A DNA stretch of 58,758 bases, counting the filler, from Sphacelaria rigidula (taxonomy: Eukaryota): the NCBI GenBank assembly GCA_964200075.2. It is 3 parts of 3 records of this genome, joined end to end, with 100 filler letters (N's around TTAATTAATTAA, not from the genome) between each part and the next. Parts side by side here need not be neighbours in the genome. Positions count along the whole stretch, not along the records: positions 1 to 19,520 come from CAXNAA020000652.1; 2 more parts are not named here. One strand, 5' to 3'. The notes beneath the pieces were generated by a model that worked only from the letters and a program-made list of their open reading frames with translations, was not told the DNA's origin and searched no databases. Every line of letters begins with the position of its first letter. Within the stretch, counting starts at the first letter, position 1. Made by a program: the position numbers and the translations under genes. Below, in pieces: positions 1 to 13,940 of the stretch.

Positions 1-385
1 GGTGCAAGCCCCGCCCGCCTGACGAGGGAAACCCTCGGCGGGCGGGGGAGGGGGGGGGGGGGGGGGGGGGTGGCGGGGGGGCGTACTCATTTGTTTCTTG
101 CCTCAGTCGTTTGAGTATTGACCACGCATCCCTTTCGAGATGGAGCACTCTACCACCGATAGGGGGGGGGGGATTTGGGGCTATCTTTTCCACGAAATTC
201 CACCTTGAGTCGTCGTTGAAAGCAGTTACGGTTATCCGAACGGGCTTCTTACAAATAAACAACAACGCTCACACATACTGCTTGACACTCTGTTTTTTTT
301 TTTTTTTCCGTGGGATCAAGTACCCGCCCTCCCTCTCCCCGCCTCTATCATGGGAGAGAGAGGCCCAAACACACANNNNNNNNNN

Positions 386-619
386 AGTCGTCTGGAAATT
401 ACTTGGTTCTAGTGTAATTGATTCGAATCGTACGAATCAATCCCTGGGCTTTGTTTCCAGCGTTGCAACCCGGGTAAACGCATCCCAGACACGTGGAATG
501 GCGCAAAAGTTGCGTGGATACCCCTTGGAACAGCGGTACACTTTTTCTCTTTTGGGCAATCGGGGCGAGGACATAGTGAATTTGTTGATTCAAACCCGTG
601 ATGATTCATCCTAACCGTG
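386..619. mobile_element. MITE family A copy (left end in gap)
   Basis: Colinear with 48745-48980; ends AACCGTG. Confidence 0.78.
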
Positions 620-1639
620 CAATTATGCAGAACACGATTGTTTCCCTGAACGCGATGATCTCCTCGTATTAAAAACACGGACCGAGGCTCAAATGTTTCA
701 TTATCTCATGATCATGGAGACGTCGAATTGTGTCATCTCCCATCTACACCGAACGGAAGTCGCCGACAGACTCATTTCGATCCCAATTTCGCTTAAATAT
801 TTTCTTCTCCACACGACATGATGAGGATTTAGAAAAACATGAGCCGAGACCCCACCAGCAACAGCTTTTGATCGCGCCCCGTCGAATGCAGTGCTAGGTT
901 CTTCGTAGATCGCTCATGACAGCGTGTTTTCTGACTGATACCGCCGAGAGACCTTCCACGGGGCGAAAACATTCAACATCTCCCAGAATAACACTCAACT
1001 CTAGGAATACCCGGATGTTTCGCGACAGTCTGTCATGTATCTGAGTTTCCAGATAGTGGACCACTTAGTCATTTTGGGTGCGCAGTTTTCTTTCTCCAAA
1101 GCAGTCTCAACTCCTGCAAACACAACCCTTTATTCGTGTCTCTCCCCCCTCCCCCGCGCGCGAAGAACTCATTTTTTTGGTGACCCAAAGATATACACGA
1201 CACGACTGTACAAAAAAAGGTTTCAAGAACATTTATATAACATATATATATATATATATGTCGTCCCCTCTTCCTGAAAAATCTGTTGTTGAATTTTATG
1301 GTGTTCCAGAAATTCCCATTGGCGTTTCTCAGACGTACATCAAAACCTCGCCCACTCTGAGCGACACCATACCTCGTACCAAACACCTTTAGACGTCACG
1401 GACCTCATACAGTGGTCCCCCAAAGGTGAGGCCCAAAGGTAGGAAGGTACACATTATGAGCAAATACCGTATCGCCCTCCTAGCGTCTTGCCCGCTTTTC
1501 TCTACCGTAATATCTCCTCGTCAATGCCAATTCATCCTCGCATCAAGCCTACTACACTGCCAGGCCGTCCTCCACACGCCAAGTTGCGATGACTCGCCGA
1601 TCCTACAGGCTGTGTACAATGACACTTACACCACGACAT

Positions 1640-2230
1640 CATCCACCCGCTGAATCCCGCAAAATCCCCGGCAATCACACAAGAAACCCACTCATGAATC
1701 ACAATAAAACTTGCCGAATTCCGCTAATAATCTTACCGCATGTCACCTCTTGGGCATGCACCCTCCATGCGCTCGTAACCCGCCGACGATATTCCATCAA
1801 CATTTCCCGGGAAAACCCAATCGAACTGGTCTCCATATGCGCCACCTCGACACACGTTTCTCTTCCAAAAACCTACGGTCCGGGACCATCACCATAACCC
1901 ACGACGACAACATCCACCCTCAAAATTCTCACAATTTCCCGCCTATCTCACATCAAACGCGTGGACGAACCACCATTAATCTTGCCGAATTCCGGCAACA
2001 ACCTTACCGCACCCAATGTATGCAACATGCACCTCCATGCGGCCATAATTCGCATCTACCCTCTAAATACCGATGATTGCCCGGCTATCACACATGAAAC
2101 CCGTCGAGGAACCACGATTAAACTTGCCGAATTCCGCTAATGATCATAACATACGTTAACCTATGGACCCGGCACCCTCCATGCGCCCATACTTTGCCGC
2201 AGGTAACCCATCAGTATTTCCCGGAAATAT
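1640..2230 (+). repeat. Degenerate tandem repeat, unit about 135-140 bp
   Basis: CTTGCCGAATTCCG recurs near 1710, 1981 and 2123; CTCCATGCG recurs. Confidence 0.65.
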
Positions 2231-2231
2231 C

Positions 2232-2340
2232 CAAGGGTCGGACAAATCAATGAGTCGTCCATAAATCACTTGGTTTTAGTGTAATTGATTCGGATCGTAC
2301 GAATCAATCCCAACTTGTTGTGTAGTTGTGGAACACGGGT
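2232..2340. mobile_element. MITE family A partial copy
   Basis: CAAGGGTCGGACAAAT..ACTTGGTTTTAGTGTAATTGATTCGGATCGTACGAATCAATCC. Confidence 0.7.
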
Positions 2341-4323
2341 TCGCCGTGAGGGGGGCCTTCAAGAACCACGGGATATCGGTACCAGCGCGACCGAGTGGAC
2401 GGCTTGGTACCTCTATCAACGCGGGTTTTGTCGGCCTGTGACCCTGACGACGCGCTTTCGGGGACTCTTCAGTGCCTCCATCTTTCTTCGTCATTTCTCA
2501 TGTAAGGGGGCTTCTTGTACCCTTCTTGTTATCTGGAACGCTTCTGTAATTACTTTTGCGTGTTGTCTTTTGCGTACTTGTTATTCTTTGTGGCACTCTC
2601 CCTTCGCTTTCCTTATCCCTCACGCCGACTTAGTGCTTCACGTTTGACCTCATGTCGCCTATATTTCACAACCCACCACTTCCGTGCTGCATTTTTTTCC
2701 TTCTCCTTTCCGTTTTTGATTTTTTTCACGGATATACCGCATCCGTTCGTCTTACCGGTATCTCGCCTGTTCCTCATAACGTACGACTTCCCTCGCACTT
2801 GTGTTATTCCGTTTCTGTTTTCCATGTTGTCTTCCCTTTGTCCGATGAATAAAATTCACCAAACAACCCAACCAACCAATTGATTCCTTAGTTCATTACT
2901 TGATTAAATTTTAGCTTCTCCTCTTTCCCCGAAAAATAATCATCCAAACTCCAACCAATCTCAACAAACAAAACTCTTCAACTTTCCCCGTTATCTTTCA
3001 TATCTCACAACAAGCTCTATTATCTTCTTTTTTCCCAAATTGTTTTTCTGCAATCCCAAAGATAAGCATCCAACCCCAACCACTTCCAACCAACCCTAAA
3101 TCAACAATAAAAAATGTTCTCATGTTCTTGGCGCTTTGCACAAAACGTGCGGACCGGTGTGCCCGGAGATTGTCGAAATCCTACTATCCAGTATAATTTT
3201 TCGAGGTATAGTAGTGGGCGGTTAAACTACACGGGGGGTGTTTGGGGGGTTTCCTCGCGTACTACTCTACGATAGAACCCGAAATTGCTTGCGCCGGTAG
3301 ATCTTGGTACAATATACAGGTCATCCTCGAAACACAGTGCTCATGTCAGTGTTAACTGGCGTCATCAGGCGATACGAGTAAATATCCCGTTCATCAGGAG
3401 GGTGTTGCTGACCGTGAAACACTGTTTTTCGGCTCTAGTTCAATGAGTGGGGAAACTTTCGAAAAAATAAAACTGTACATTCCTTCACAAATATGATCGG
3501 GACAGACTCGATCGACCGAAAATACATATGAGTAAGAGTCTGGGCTAAAACGTGGCAGGACCCCCGATGACCGGTCAGCCCGTAAGTCACTCAATATTGA
3601 GTAAATGTGATCTTGTTTTCTTGGAATGTGGAGTGGATACAGATATCTTCAGATTCCTAACGTGGTGATCGGTGAAACGCAAAAAGAGACCAAGGTAGGT
3701 AGGTAGGTCATTGCCCCCGAAAAAAATAATTTCTCGTAGCAGTGAATCAACACAGAAACATCTTCTGACAAACGATCAAACAAAATGCTTGTCGTCACCA
3801 GTCGTGAGACATGATTCGAGTCACTCATTCGTACGACTGGTTCTTATTCGTATCAAGAAAATAATAAAATGGGGCGCGACTCACGAGTTCACACAACATG
3901 AAACTCGCAAACAAACAAAAAAAGGATGGAGAATGCTCACGACTACTGGTGAACGGATATCAAAACGATCCGAGACCCGTGAGGCGGTCACGTACGTCCC
4001 GAGAACTCGGACTCTCGCTTTTGGCTTTCGCGGATTTTCATCACTTCGAAAGAATAGTGTGGACATCGCTATTTGAGCATGTGCGGAGATATTTCTTTTC
4101 ATGATGTGTTACCTAGTGACCGGCTGTTACAGGGGTACGTTTCGCAGGAGCCCCGACACTCCTATACTATTATACCGTCATCGAGAGTCTCACGACTTTC
4201 AGAAGAAAGGGGAAATGAAATAATAAAAACAAAGAGGAAATAAGAGCACCAACTGTTCAGTACAATATTCTAGAAAAAAAAGAAAAAAATAGGGGGAAAG
4301 GAAAAACTACGAAGCATAACTTT

Positions 4324-4583
4324 GAGGGTCAGGCGAATTAATGACTCGTCCGGATATTACTTGATTTTAGTGTTATTGATTCGTACGATACGAATCAATC
4401 CTTCCGCTTCGTTGTCAGTGTTGCAACTCAGGTACGCGAAGCCCAGGAACGTGGAATGACGCAACCGCTGCGTGGAGACCTTTTGACCAGCTGTCAACTT
4501 TTTTCCTCCCCTTCAATCAATCAGGCCTAAGAAATCGTGGATTTGGTGATTCGAACAGGCGGCGACGATTCGTCCCAACCGTG
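4324..4583. mobile_element. MITE family A copy
   Basis: Colinear with 48723-48980; ends GATTCGTCCCAACCGTG. Confidence 0.78.
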
Positions 4584-4678
4584 ATAAATTTCGAAATAGA
4601 ATTTTCAAATATCACTCCTTCAAAGTAAAAAAATGACACACCCACAACCACTTACACACATCATAAAGGACATCTCAC

Positions 4679-4996
4679 CTCTTCCTCCACCGAAGGCGTG
4701 TCATCCTCCACCTCATCCCCCCCACCCGCTCCCGCACCCGCATCACTTTTACCTCCACCACCATCACCATCCTTAGCAACCCCGTCCACACCGACTTTCT
4801 CCAGCGCACTCGCCCCTCCGCCACTACTCGCAACACCCACGCCCACCCCCCCGCTCACGCTCTGAGCCACCACGCCCGCATTGGCCGCCTCCCAGTAGGA
4901 TAGCCGGAAGGTCGGTGCGGGGCCCGCTCGCGCTTCCCCGGCACCACCAGCACCGCCTGCCGCCGGTGCCACCGATGAAGAACTCGTGGGGGTGAC
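4679..4996 (-). CDS. Minus-strand exon, Gly/Ala-rich with acidic end
   Basis: ctcag|VTPTSSSSVAPAAGG...PTFRLSYWEAANAG...DEVEDDTPSVEEE|gtgaga, 106 codons, phase 0/0; a further candidate acceptor (ccctcgtcag) at 19-28 suggests the gene runs off the window. Confidence 0.72.
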
Positions 4997-5133
4997 CTGA
5001 GGGTTGGACGCATATTGTTCATTCACGGGGGGGGGGGCGTAACGGCGCGGGAACGGTCAGATCAGGGTAATTTTATACAGTTATCATTACCATTATATTC
5101 AGCATCACGGTCGAATTACACAAAACTTCTCAC

Positions 5134-5141
5134 GTGACTTC

Positions 5142-5185
<44 letters not shown>

Positions 5186-5214
5186 CCCAGCGCCTGAGAG
5201 ACATAAACCCGACT
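5134..5214 (-). CDS. Minus-strand exon containing a (GCTGTT)n repeat encoding (Ala-Val)7
   Basis: ttttcag|SRVYVSQALGAVAVAVAVAVAVAVGSH|gtgaga, phase 0/0. Confidence 0.5.
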
Positions 5215-5776
5215 CTGAAAAAAAAAAGCGGCTGAACTTCTTTTCGCAATTACAACACCTTCAAACGGGGAGAGAGGGGAGAGAGGGGAGAGGAGGGGAG
5301 GGGGGGGGGGGATGTACTCATGATCATGCATGCCATTGCCATCAGATCATTGACGGGTGGGGGTGGGGCTAATTGAACTGTCTGTACAATACTATTGATC
5401 AGTTCAACACGGAAGGCTAGACTCTTTCCAGTTCACAACATGTTTTCAGAACTTGAAAACGTGAAGTCATGAAGAACGACCCTTTCTACGATGCACTCTT
5501 AACCGCGATTACACCAAAAAATGCAAAATCGGGGGAGGGGGGGGGGGGGGAAAGCGCAAGGGCAAGCATAGAATTGCATTAGGGGGAAAAGGAAAAAAAA
5601 AAAATTTTGATCGGGTGAGATGGGAAANNNNNNNNNNAGAGAAGTATAGAAAAGGGAAAGGGGGGGGGGGGGGGGGGGGGGGGGGGCAAGCGCATGCGCA
5701 AGCATGGTATGTCATTCGGGGGAAAAGGGAAAAAACATAATTATGATCTGGTGAGATTGGCAACCAATACGCTTAC

Positions 5777-5890
5777 CTCCTCTGCCTGCTTAGCCGCGGA
5801 GGAAGGGGTTTTCGACGGGGACACAGGCGGAGGCCACGTGCTTATCTTGGTGGCAACGCTTGATCTGCTGCTTCCCGCCGACAGAATGAT
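5777..5890 (-). CDS. Minus-strand exon (gene A or a downstream gene)
   Basis: aaag|IILSAGSSRSSVATKISTWPPPVSPSKTPSSAAKQAEE|gtaagc, phase 0/0. Confidence 0.6.
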
Positions 5891-6179
5891 CTTTTACGTT
5901 CGGAGAATGACAATACATGTGAGCAGACGGTAAAGAGAAAGGGTGAGGGAGAAACAGTACCGTATGATAGTTGCGAAAAAAAACTCTCCAGCACCACTTG
6001 TTTTTGGCACGCGAAAAAAAATAGGAAAACAATGATACTGTACATGATGTACGTGTATTATTTATTACAAACGGTATTTGTCAATGCCTCACTTCCCGGA
6101 ATACCAACACGAACGAAATGCAGCAAAGTTTACGGTAGGTATGAAAATTTGAATTTTTTTACTCGGATTTAGTGTAGAA

Positions 6180-6387
6180 ACCCAAATCCGGATCTTCAAT
6201 GGAGGCTGTGCTCCTGGCGTACGCGGAACACGTTTTCGTCCAAGTCGCAGGCGTCGATTTGAGGTCTCGCAACGCACACTTGGCAAAGGGAACACTTTGC
6301 ACCACCCTTGCCCGAGGGTTCTCGGTATGTTCTCGTGAGGGTGGGTGGGGGCTAGGGTAACGGTTGGGGTTAGGGTTAGGTTAGCTA
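6180..6387 (+). repeat. Dispersed repeat family C ending in TTAGGG-like repeats
   Basis: CCTTGCCCGAGGG..CGGTATGTT..GCTAGGGTA shared with 18490-18668. Confidence 0.6.
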
Positions 6388-9300
6388 TTCAAAATAATAC
6401 ATTCTGGAGAAAGTTCCATATCTGTCATGTGGGAAACTGAACGTACGAAATGTTCAAGGGTAGGTCGAGTAGAGTATGTACTTTTGAGTACTCGAGTAAG
6501 ATACTCACAAGTTTTCACTCTGCTCGGCGTTTGAGTAGGTCGAGTATGGCCTCAATTACTACAATCAATTTTTGAGTAGGTCGAGTATGGTTGGTTTCAA
6601 ATACTCTACTGAAGTTTTGACTACGTTGAGTACGGCCTCCAATACTCTACTCAAAAACTAAGTACGCATATTCAGTAATAATTCAGCATGGAGGGAATAA
6701 TTGTTCCTCTGCCGAACGTCCTTCAGCGCGCCGAAGTTGAGTCGTCTTTTCCTCCCGTCCTTCGGGTATCCGAAGCAGCGTACGTGGTACGTGCTGTTAC
6801 AAGAATAGCCTAACCCCTCGAGCTTGATTCATATTTTCGAAAGAGTATAACCAGCTGACGAGTCGCTCTCTGTCGGGAAGCACCATCGCGAAAATATGGT
6901 GTAATACCCAGTGTAGAGTATCATACTGACCGCAATGAACGGACGAAAAGGGTGACATAGCCAGATTTTGTCCAAGGCTGTAGCTGTGGCGCTATGGACA
7001 AAAATATGTCTCGACCAATAAGCGTCTTTCAATTTGTTCCGAAATTGAAAACACAAATTCCAAGCCCAATTTCCACCGAATCTCCACAAGGTTCAAATCA
7101 TGGTTACCGTCATCAGCTTGGGAATCTAACGGGAGGAATAAGTTTGGAAACGGTTCCAACGGGGTCGACTTTTGCCCGAAAACATCATGTTTCCGTGATG
7201 TGGAGCTTTGGCGTCAAGTTTGCACTCATGATGCGTACGAAAGACCCACGGAGCCTCGAGACGATTTCCCTCTTATCTGTAGGGGAGAAGCTCAGATCAT
7301 CCTCAAACTTGGCAGTTCCGTGGGTATTGCTGCTCCAAACGGAAAAATTACAACTCTTGGCAAGATTTCAAAGTTTCTCCGTTTTCTACCGGTTTCCGGG
7401 GGTCCCAGCATGAAGACCCCCAAGAAACCGGTCAAGAACGCCCAGACACCAAAATTGTGACATCTTAGGGTTAGGTGGTATCCCAAGGAACATGTGTACC
7501 AGTTATTGTTGCTGAACTCGAAAAACTGAATCGGCTGGGTCTTGCACCGTGAAAACAACCCCCCCAAAGGGCGATTCTGTACTTTAATCGAGTAATTACA
7601 GACTTTTGAATACTTCAGCGCACGTTTTGACATTTCCTCACGCCGTTTTTTCAAGTTAGACTACGAAAATTTGCACACATGTTCCGGAGGGCTTTGTCTT
7701 AAACTCGAAGACCGTTTTTTTTTTGTCGGTGGCTCCTCATCCAAGGTCGCGGTTGACCTACTTGACCGGGGGAGGGGTCAGATCCCGACTATCTCGACAG
7801 CAAAAAAAAAAAACGGTCCTCGAGTTCTGAATAGAGCCCCCAAGAACATGTGTGCAAATTTTCGTGATCCAACTCGAAAAAACAGCGTGAGGAAATCCCA
7901 GGGAATGAATTTTGGGCGTTCAATCTGAACCAGCTCGCGGGAGATTTTCATCCCTATTTCGTAGTCGACATATTTGAAAATCTTTTCGCGTGCCACCGCT
8001 CATCACAGGGAACGGTTGATCCCATAGATTGGGGATCGCGACATACTAGGCACTCCCTCCACATTCCAAAATAAGATCACATCTGCGCCCATAGTTGAAC
8101 GACTGACGGGCTGACCGGTATTCGAGGGTTTTGATACTACCCAGCCCCGGTTCTGACTCTTGAGTATTTTCGCTCGAATGAAGCAATCCCGACCGTTTTC
8201 GTGAAAAAATAAAAAATGATTGATTCATGATTTTTTACATTTTTATTGCGCTAGAGCCAAATGACTGCGCTCTTCATTTTTTTTACCAATGACGGTTGAT
8301 AACACCCCCTGATGAACAAGGTGTTTACTCAACATCAATCTGAGAAAAAAACAGTTGAGAATTGTGGTCTGAGCACGACCTGCTCATCTTCCCAATGATC
8401 GATCGACGCTAGGAACATGAAGCGTCAAAGACGGAAACTAGACAAAAAAAATAGACATGTACCCATGACGAAAATTGCCCGACCGAGCTCTGCATAGCAC
8501 AGGCGGGGGTGAACCAATTCTGATCACCCCCATGAATGATCTGAGGAGCCTGTACGTTTTCTCTTCACCTATTCATTGCGCTAGAGCCGAAAAGAAATGC
8601 GCTGTGGACCAAAAACGGTCAATAACGCTCCTCGTCAATTCAGCTCCGAAGTCGTTCAATACTGAGCGCAGAGACGATTTCGTTTCGGGATGTGGGGCCG
8701 ATGCCTAGTATCTCCTGACTCTCAAATATTGGGATCGTCCGCTCTCTCGCTGGGATGAGCCGTGGCACGCGAAGAATGCTATTGAAAATCGCCGACCACA
8801 AAAAAAAAAACATTATAACAAATGAAACCTACTACTACTATATCTATATCTAGATCCCATTATAAAGTCAAACAGGTATAAGTCACAAGCGAAGCCATAT
8901 CTGGTGTTGTTGGGTTTTTCTAAATCCCTTGGACCTTTTCTTTTTTTTTTTCATCTTTTTTTTTGTATTTTATAATATTGCTCTATAATTTCCTCTTCTT
9001 TTCCTTATTTTTTGTTCTTGTTTTAGGTCAGCCATTTATTTCTGTGCTTTGCTTGCGTCGATCTTTTTTTTTTATCACCTCGTACTGTTTTTTTGTCACG
9101 ACTCAGTCTGCTATGTCGTTCTATTCCACCGTTTTTTGTTCCGTTCCTTCCTTTCTTCAGAGCATGTTTCAGTTTCGTTTTTGTTGGGTACGTCCTTCAT
9201 GAGACCACGGCTGAACCCCTGGGAGGTCAGTTCAAGTGCGACAATCACTCAAATCAATCAAATCTGGGTTCTTGTCTCATATGGGATACATGTGATCCGT

Positions 9301-9427
9301 ACAGCTACTCGTACCACAACGGGACGACACGATACAGTAGAGAACACGGACACGGAGGTGTACAGATACACACTGATAACATCGACACGTTGACTGATGA
9401 TGAGACACACAAGACGCAGCTACTCAC

Positions 9428-9600
9428 GTCATTTGTGGAAACGTTTTTCTCCCGCGCAGCAGCAGCAGCAATGGCAGTCGAAGTTCTCTGCGGCGTTGCG
9501 ACACTCTGCTCGAAGAAACGACGGTAACGACGACATCATTGTTGACGGGTGTTTTTCTCTCAATTCCTCCGACGAGAGGCAGGTTGGGGAGCAAATAAGC
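9428..9600 (-). CDS. Possible gene A exon
   Basis: ttcag|AYLLPNLPLVGGIERKTP...KTFPQM(AC)|gtgagt; strong splice sites, phase links to neighbours unresolved. Confidence 0.33.
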
Positions 9601-10783
9601 CTGAACCATTAAGGAAAACCTGACGAACACTGACTGCCCTGCTCGGTAAACGCACCAAATATCTCCAGCTACTAAATCAGTACCTGCGAAAAAAAAACAA
9701 GTGTTGACATATTTCGTTTATACAGACAGACACAAATGAAATAAAGATAAGCTGGGAGAACAATCCCCAACACTTTACGGGATACCTTATGTGGGACCAC
9801 TCGTCAACGCAACATTGACTGATTGATTGATAGAAATATCAGTTGGTTGTCGCACATTAAACTGATATCGAAGGAATCCAGCCGTGGTCTTGTCCAGGAA
9901 GATAGACATACCCAAGGCGGACAAACGGATACACTCGATAAAAAAAGCTCGAGAAAGGGGAAAGGGGAAGGAGACGCAAAAGAAAAATATTCAAGACAGA
10001 TAGATCTAGTACCGGTCCCGATTAAAATCCTGAGATATATAAGCTAGAGAAGAAGAAATAAAAATGGTCGGTCCCTGCCACATGACTTCTGGTCACGTGA
10101 CCCTACACACAACACACACAACAACGACCTAGAAGCATGTCGCGGCTCAGCTTTTGAAAAAGGAACTATTGGAGCATGAACTCCCACCCACGACCTCTGC
10201 GGTAGCAAGATACACGAGCATACTATAACGCAAGCCTTGCAGCACACAACCGACAAAATCACGCAAGGAATAAAGTGAAAAAAAAAAGAAGAGTGCATTG
10301 CCCTTCATCAAGGTATCTCGAAATCCCGCCCCGTAACTCCCCACACCCATCACCCCGTATGATGCGTGTCATGCTACCCATGATATGTTATCAATCTCCG
10401 ACAGACCAGTCTCCGGCGGAGCGCACTGCCGTCGAGAGAATACTTGAGTCGTGGCTAGGCTCATTACCTCACTCGATTCGTCGTCTCTCACGAGCACCCG
10501 TTTCCTCCTAGTCCGTTCACGGCGGGTCCCTCAAACGATGGCGTGAGCCCTTGGTAGGCACATGAGCCATAAAAAAGGAAAAGTACAGGTCTATCACTCC
10601 TTCCCCAGGCTAATGACTTCCATCTCGTCTACAACTCTCCACTAATGGATGAGAGGGTAGCGACTTCAATTGAATATCAAGAGAGAAACACACAAACACA
10701 GGATCCAATAGCACAGTCTTGGGGGGGTTGATAACGGCCGCACTGTATGTAGGAAGCCTACTGATATTCCAAACCCCTCCCCT

Positions 10784-10814
<31 letters not shown>

Positions 10815-11162
10815 ACACACCCCCCCGCGTCCCCCCCCCAGAACTCGCTCAAGTCTCCAAACAACGGGTTCATCCCAAAATAAATTANNNNNNNNNNGGG
10901 GGGGTGGATAACGGCCGAACTGACGGGAGGAAGCCTACGGAAATACAAAACCCCTCCCCTTCCCCACTCCCCCTCACCCCCCCCCGTCCCAAACTCGGCT
11001 ACGTGTCACACCCCGCAGAGTACATTAGATTGTCAAAAAGTGTGCTACGTACAATATCGACTACTGCGTTTATTGCATAGACAACAAATTCCATAGCGTA
11101 CGCAGTACATTTTTCGACAGAGTTATCTTTTGTCCAGCGTATGCTCGGTGTACTGCCATCAC

Positions 11163-11252
11163 CTGTGAACCGAAGATTTTGGTGAGAGTACCGGGTACCT
11201 CCGCCTCCGAGCCCACCTGTTCCGCGGCTCCCGAGGCGCCTGGATTTGACAC
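11163..11252 (-). CDS. Gene A exon (tentative; frame ambiguous)
   Basis: ctgcag|...|gtgatg; open in phase 1 (VKSRRLGSRGTGGLGGGGTRYSHQNLRFT) and in phase 0 (VSNPGASGAAEQVGSEAEVPGTLTKIFGSQ). Confidence 0.45.
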
Positions 11253-12998
11253 CTGCAGTCATATGAGGATACGAGGTGCAGGGTGGCTGAAAATTGTCCA
11301 TACTTCGATGAATCATTAACGGGACATGTCCCAAGACTATTTCGACTCTTGGCGTAATAACTTGTTTTTTTCCTCTCACTATTTCACATATCTCCGAAAC
11401 AAAAAAAGTGCCGACGGAAAAAGAATCCCCCGCTAGATTTTGACACCAATCTGTATAATAGCTGGTCTTACATCTATAATACTTCCACGTCAACAACTGC
11501 TGCACAGGAGCGTATAGGCGATAATCGACACAAAACTCACGAAACAACTCGTATAACATGGGCATTTATCGGCACCAGAAGAACAAAAAAACAAACAAAA
11601 AGGGGCCCGAAACACGAAAGTATACTTTCAGCGAAAGCACCGGATTTGCAAGTGTTACCATCCGGTTCCCGTGCAGGGACAGTATCAAAATTGAAAAAGC
11701 ACGGCCGTATACATCAACCATGCTTCTGGAGCCTGGGCACCACCACCCTTCAAATACGAACACCCTCAAACACCTGCAGAGAGGGCCTCTCAGATCAGAT
11801 CTCATTTCGGAACAATTCAAGGGCCTGACCACCCTCCGGTAAGCTCACCATGCTACACGACAATTCGACACCGGCGAGCACCTCCTCTCTATTGGCAAGA
11901 ACCATTCCCAAACGACGAAAGCATCCCGTTCAAATCCCTTGACACCCCCCGTTCAATGGTCAAATGAATACGACAAACCCCGCTCACACGCCCGCCCCGG
12001 ATCCTTGCGCATCGTGACAAAACATAAAGCAGTCATTCTCCATAGATTACCCTGTGACCAGAGCGCTTCCAATTTCAATATATTTCGGTGTTTGTGACGT
12101 TACCGTCTCGGATTTCGGCGGTAAAACCGGAGTGGTCTCGGCTGGGCTCTTCTACTCTAAAATGAAGGTCTGCCCGTAACTTATTTTGTAATTTACACGT
12201 GGTACCCATCTCCGCACGGTAGGTAGTGGAGGGACTGGTGGACTCGTTCAGAACCAAAACGCCCCGGAATATTGATGTGAATGGCTTGTCTCGTGTCTTG
12301 TTCGAGCCACGTGTTTCATGCTCTCAACAAAAACTGCCTGCACTGCAGGATTGGTTTCGTCTTTGCATTCCTTGACGAAAACTACGCTTCCCGCGCACCG
12401 TACATAGTTCATGATAACCAGAGCATGTCGGCGGCATTTATATCATGCTTATCCGTTTTTGAACTGGTACGGTATACTATTTGGTACAGCACGCAGCATC
12501 GGCAGTAGTACGAGATCGAAAGAAAATGGTTCACCACACCTCCAAGTGTAGCAACGATGGACTCGCTGGCATCTCTTATGCGTGTTTCCGAATGAAGCGC
12601 GATGAAACATGAGGAGCAATACCGTAACGGGCTGCCACGATGTCGACTACACGAAGAATCGCGCTAGCGCTAACGCGCGTGCTGCTCATAAATAACGCGT
12701 TCCGCGCGTTTAACTTAATTCAGTACGTTTTATTTAGTTCAATGCCGAGGTTAGCCACCCTATGGGTGTTGAGCCGACACTGCGTACCAACCGCAGCGTG
12801 ACGCGTTCGGCATTACTATCTGTTCACTGCACAGCGGCAGGGTGCAGGGTGACAAAAGCATACCGCAGGACGCCACATCCTTAGACTATCCCTGTCCTCA
12901 TTGATTTCGCGTTGTCCGACGTGTACGCAGGATATCACGCCTCGCTACGAGCTATTTCACTACGTCACATTTCGTAAAGCTGTCCGTGTTGCACGTAC

Positions 12999-13081
12999 AG
13001 CGTGCGTTTGCCCCAGGTGGCGCACGCAGGAGTGAAAGGCCGCCTCTGCCGCTGTCATGGCCACCTGTACCTTGGGCCAAG
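12999..13081 (-). CDS. Gene A exon (tentative)
   Basis: tacag|(D)LAQGTGGHDSGRGGLSLLRAPPGANAR(T)|gtacgt, phase 2/1. Confidence 0.5.
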
Positions 13082-13095
13082 CTGTATGGTAACAC

Positions 13096-13168
13096 AGCCG
13101 CGGCTGGTGCGCCCACAAATACCGAAAGGTGGAGGCCGGTGTCTAGAATAGATGGGACGACAACATAC
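13096..13168 (+). repeat. SINE family 1 3' tail fragment
   Basis: CGGCTGGTGCGCCCACAAATACCGAAAGG..AGAATAGATGGGACGACAAC. Confidence 0.7.
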
Positions 13169-13617
13169 TGACTTTCAACAACGTGTTCGTACTGATTGTA
13201 GAAATCTCTTGTCCACGGTTGGGTACATTTCCACAAAAAACGCAGGGTCTGGTATATCTCGACTTGTAATGTAACGGAGGGACTGGTATATTTTCACCTG
13301 TAGATGTATGTGATGTTACTCGGTGATATCCAGAAAAAATCCGCAGTATCTTGGAGAACTGCAGGTGAGGCAATCGCCGAAATATTCACCTGCGAACTCT
13401 GCTCCAGCGCACTGTAAGTTGACACCGCTAGAAGGACACCACCATGACCATTCTGCCGGCTGCAAGACTGTCGCAGACTGTCAGGACGTAGGATCCGTTA
13501 CCATTGCTACTGTCTGTACGGGGGTGTTGCCCCCTCGTCAGGTACGTTTTGGAGCATGATACTAGATGAAGATCATCTTTCCTTGTAGATGGGCACCAAA
13601 CGCTGGGGGATCCTCAC

Positions 13618-13705
13618 TCAAGACTTCGATTTGGAGGTGATACTAGGTAGGCAGCGGTAACTGCTGTGTGTCCGGGTGCCCCTTGGAGCAGGATGCGTGC
13701 GGTGT
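13618..13705 (-). CDS. Gene A exon (tentative)
   Basis: aacag|(D)TARILLQGAPGHTAVTAAYLVSPPNRSL(GA)|gtgagg, phase 1/2; bridges the 13941 and 13081 exons. Confidence 0.45.
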
Positions 13706-13940
13706 CTGTTTGACGAAGTTATTATTCCCCAAAGAACGAAATCGATAGGGGTTGTCGAGTGGAAAAATTGAGCAAAACAAATATCGCAAGAATCGAGTCG
13801 CAAGAACGGAGTCGCAAAAAAACGGTTCGTCGGATTTTTACCCACAGGAGAAATCAATTTCACTTTGTGAAATTGGAAAACAGTTACAGTAACGGTTCAG
13901 TCCGTCCGCACAAACGGGGTCAAACATCTCACCGACGAAC

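Noticed and set aside
5520-5765. Apparent tandem duplications beside poly-G/C runs (also 10720-11000 and 51650-51880)
   Set aside because: Each straddles a 10-N gap next to long homopolymers; probably overlapping low-quality contig ends
6360-6387. Telomere
   Set aside because: Only 2-3 TTAGGG-like units, internal, part of a dispersed repeat
6900-8800. Cluster of 60-140 aa ORFs
   Set aside because: No motifs or convincing splice chain; looks like old non-coding repeat sequence whose ends I could not define
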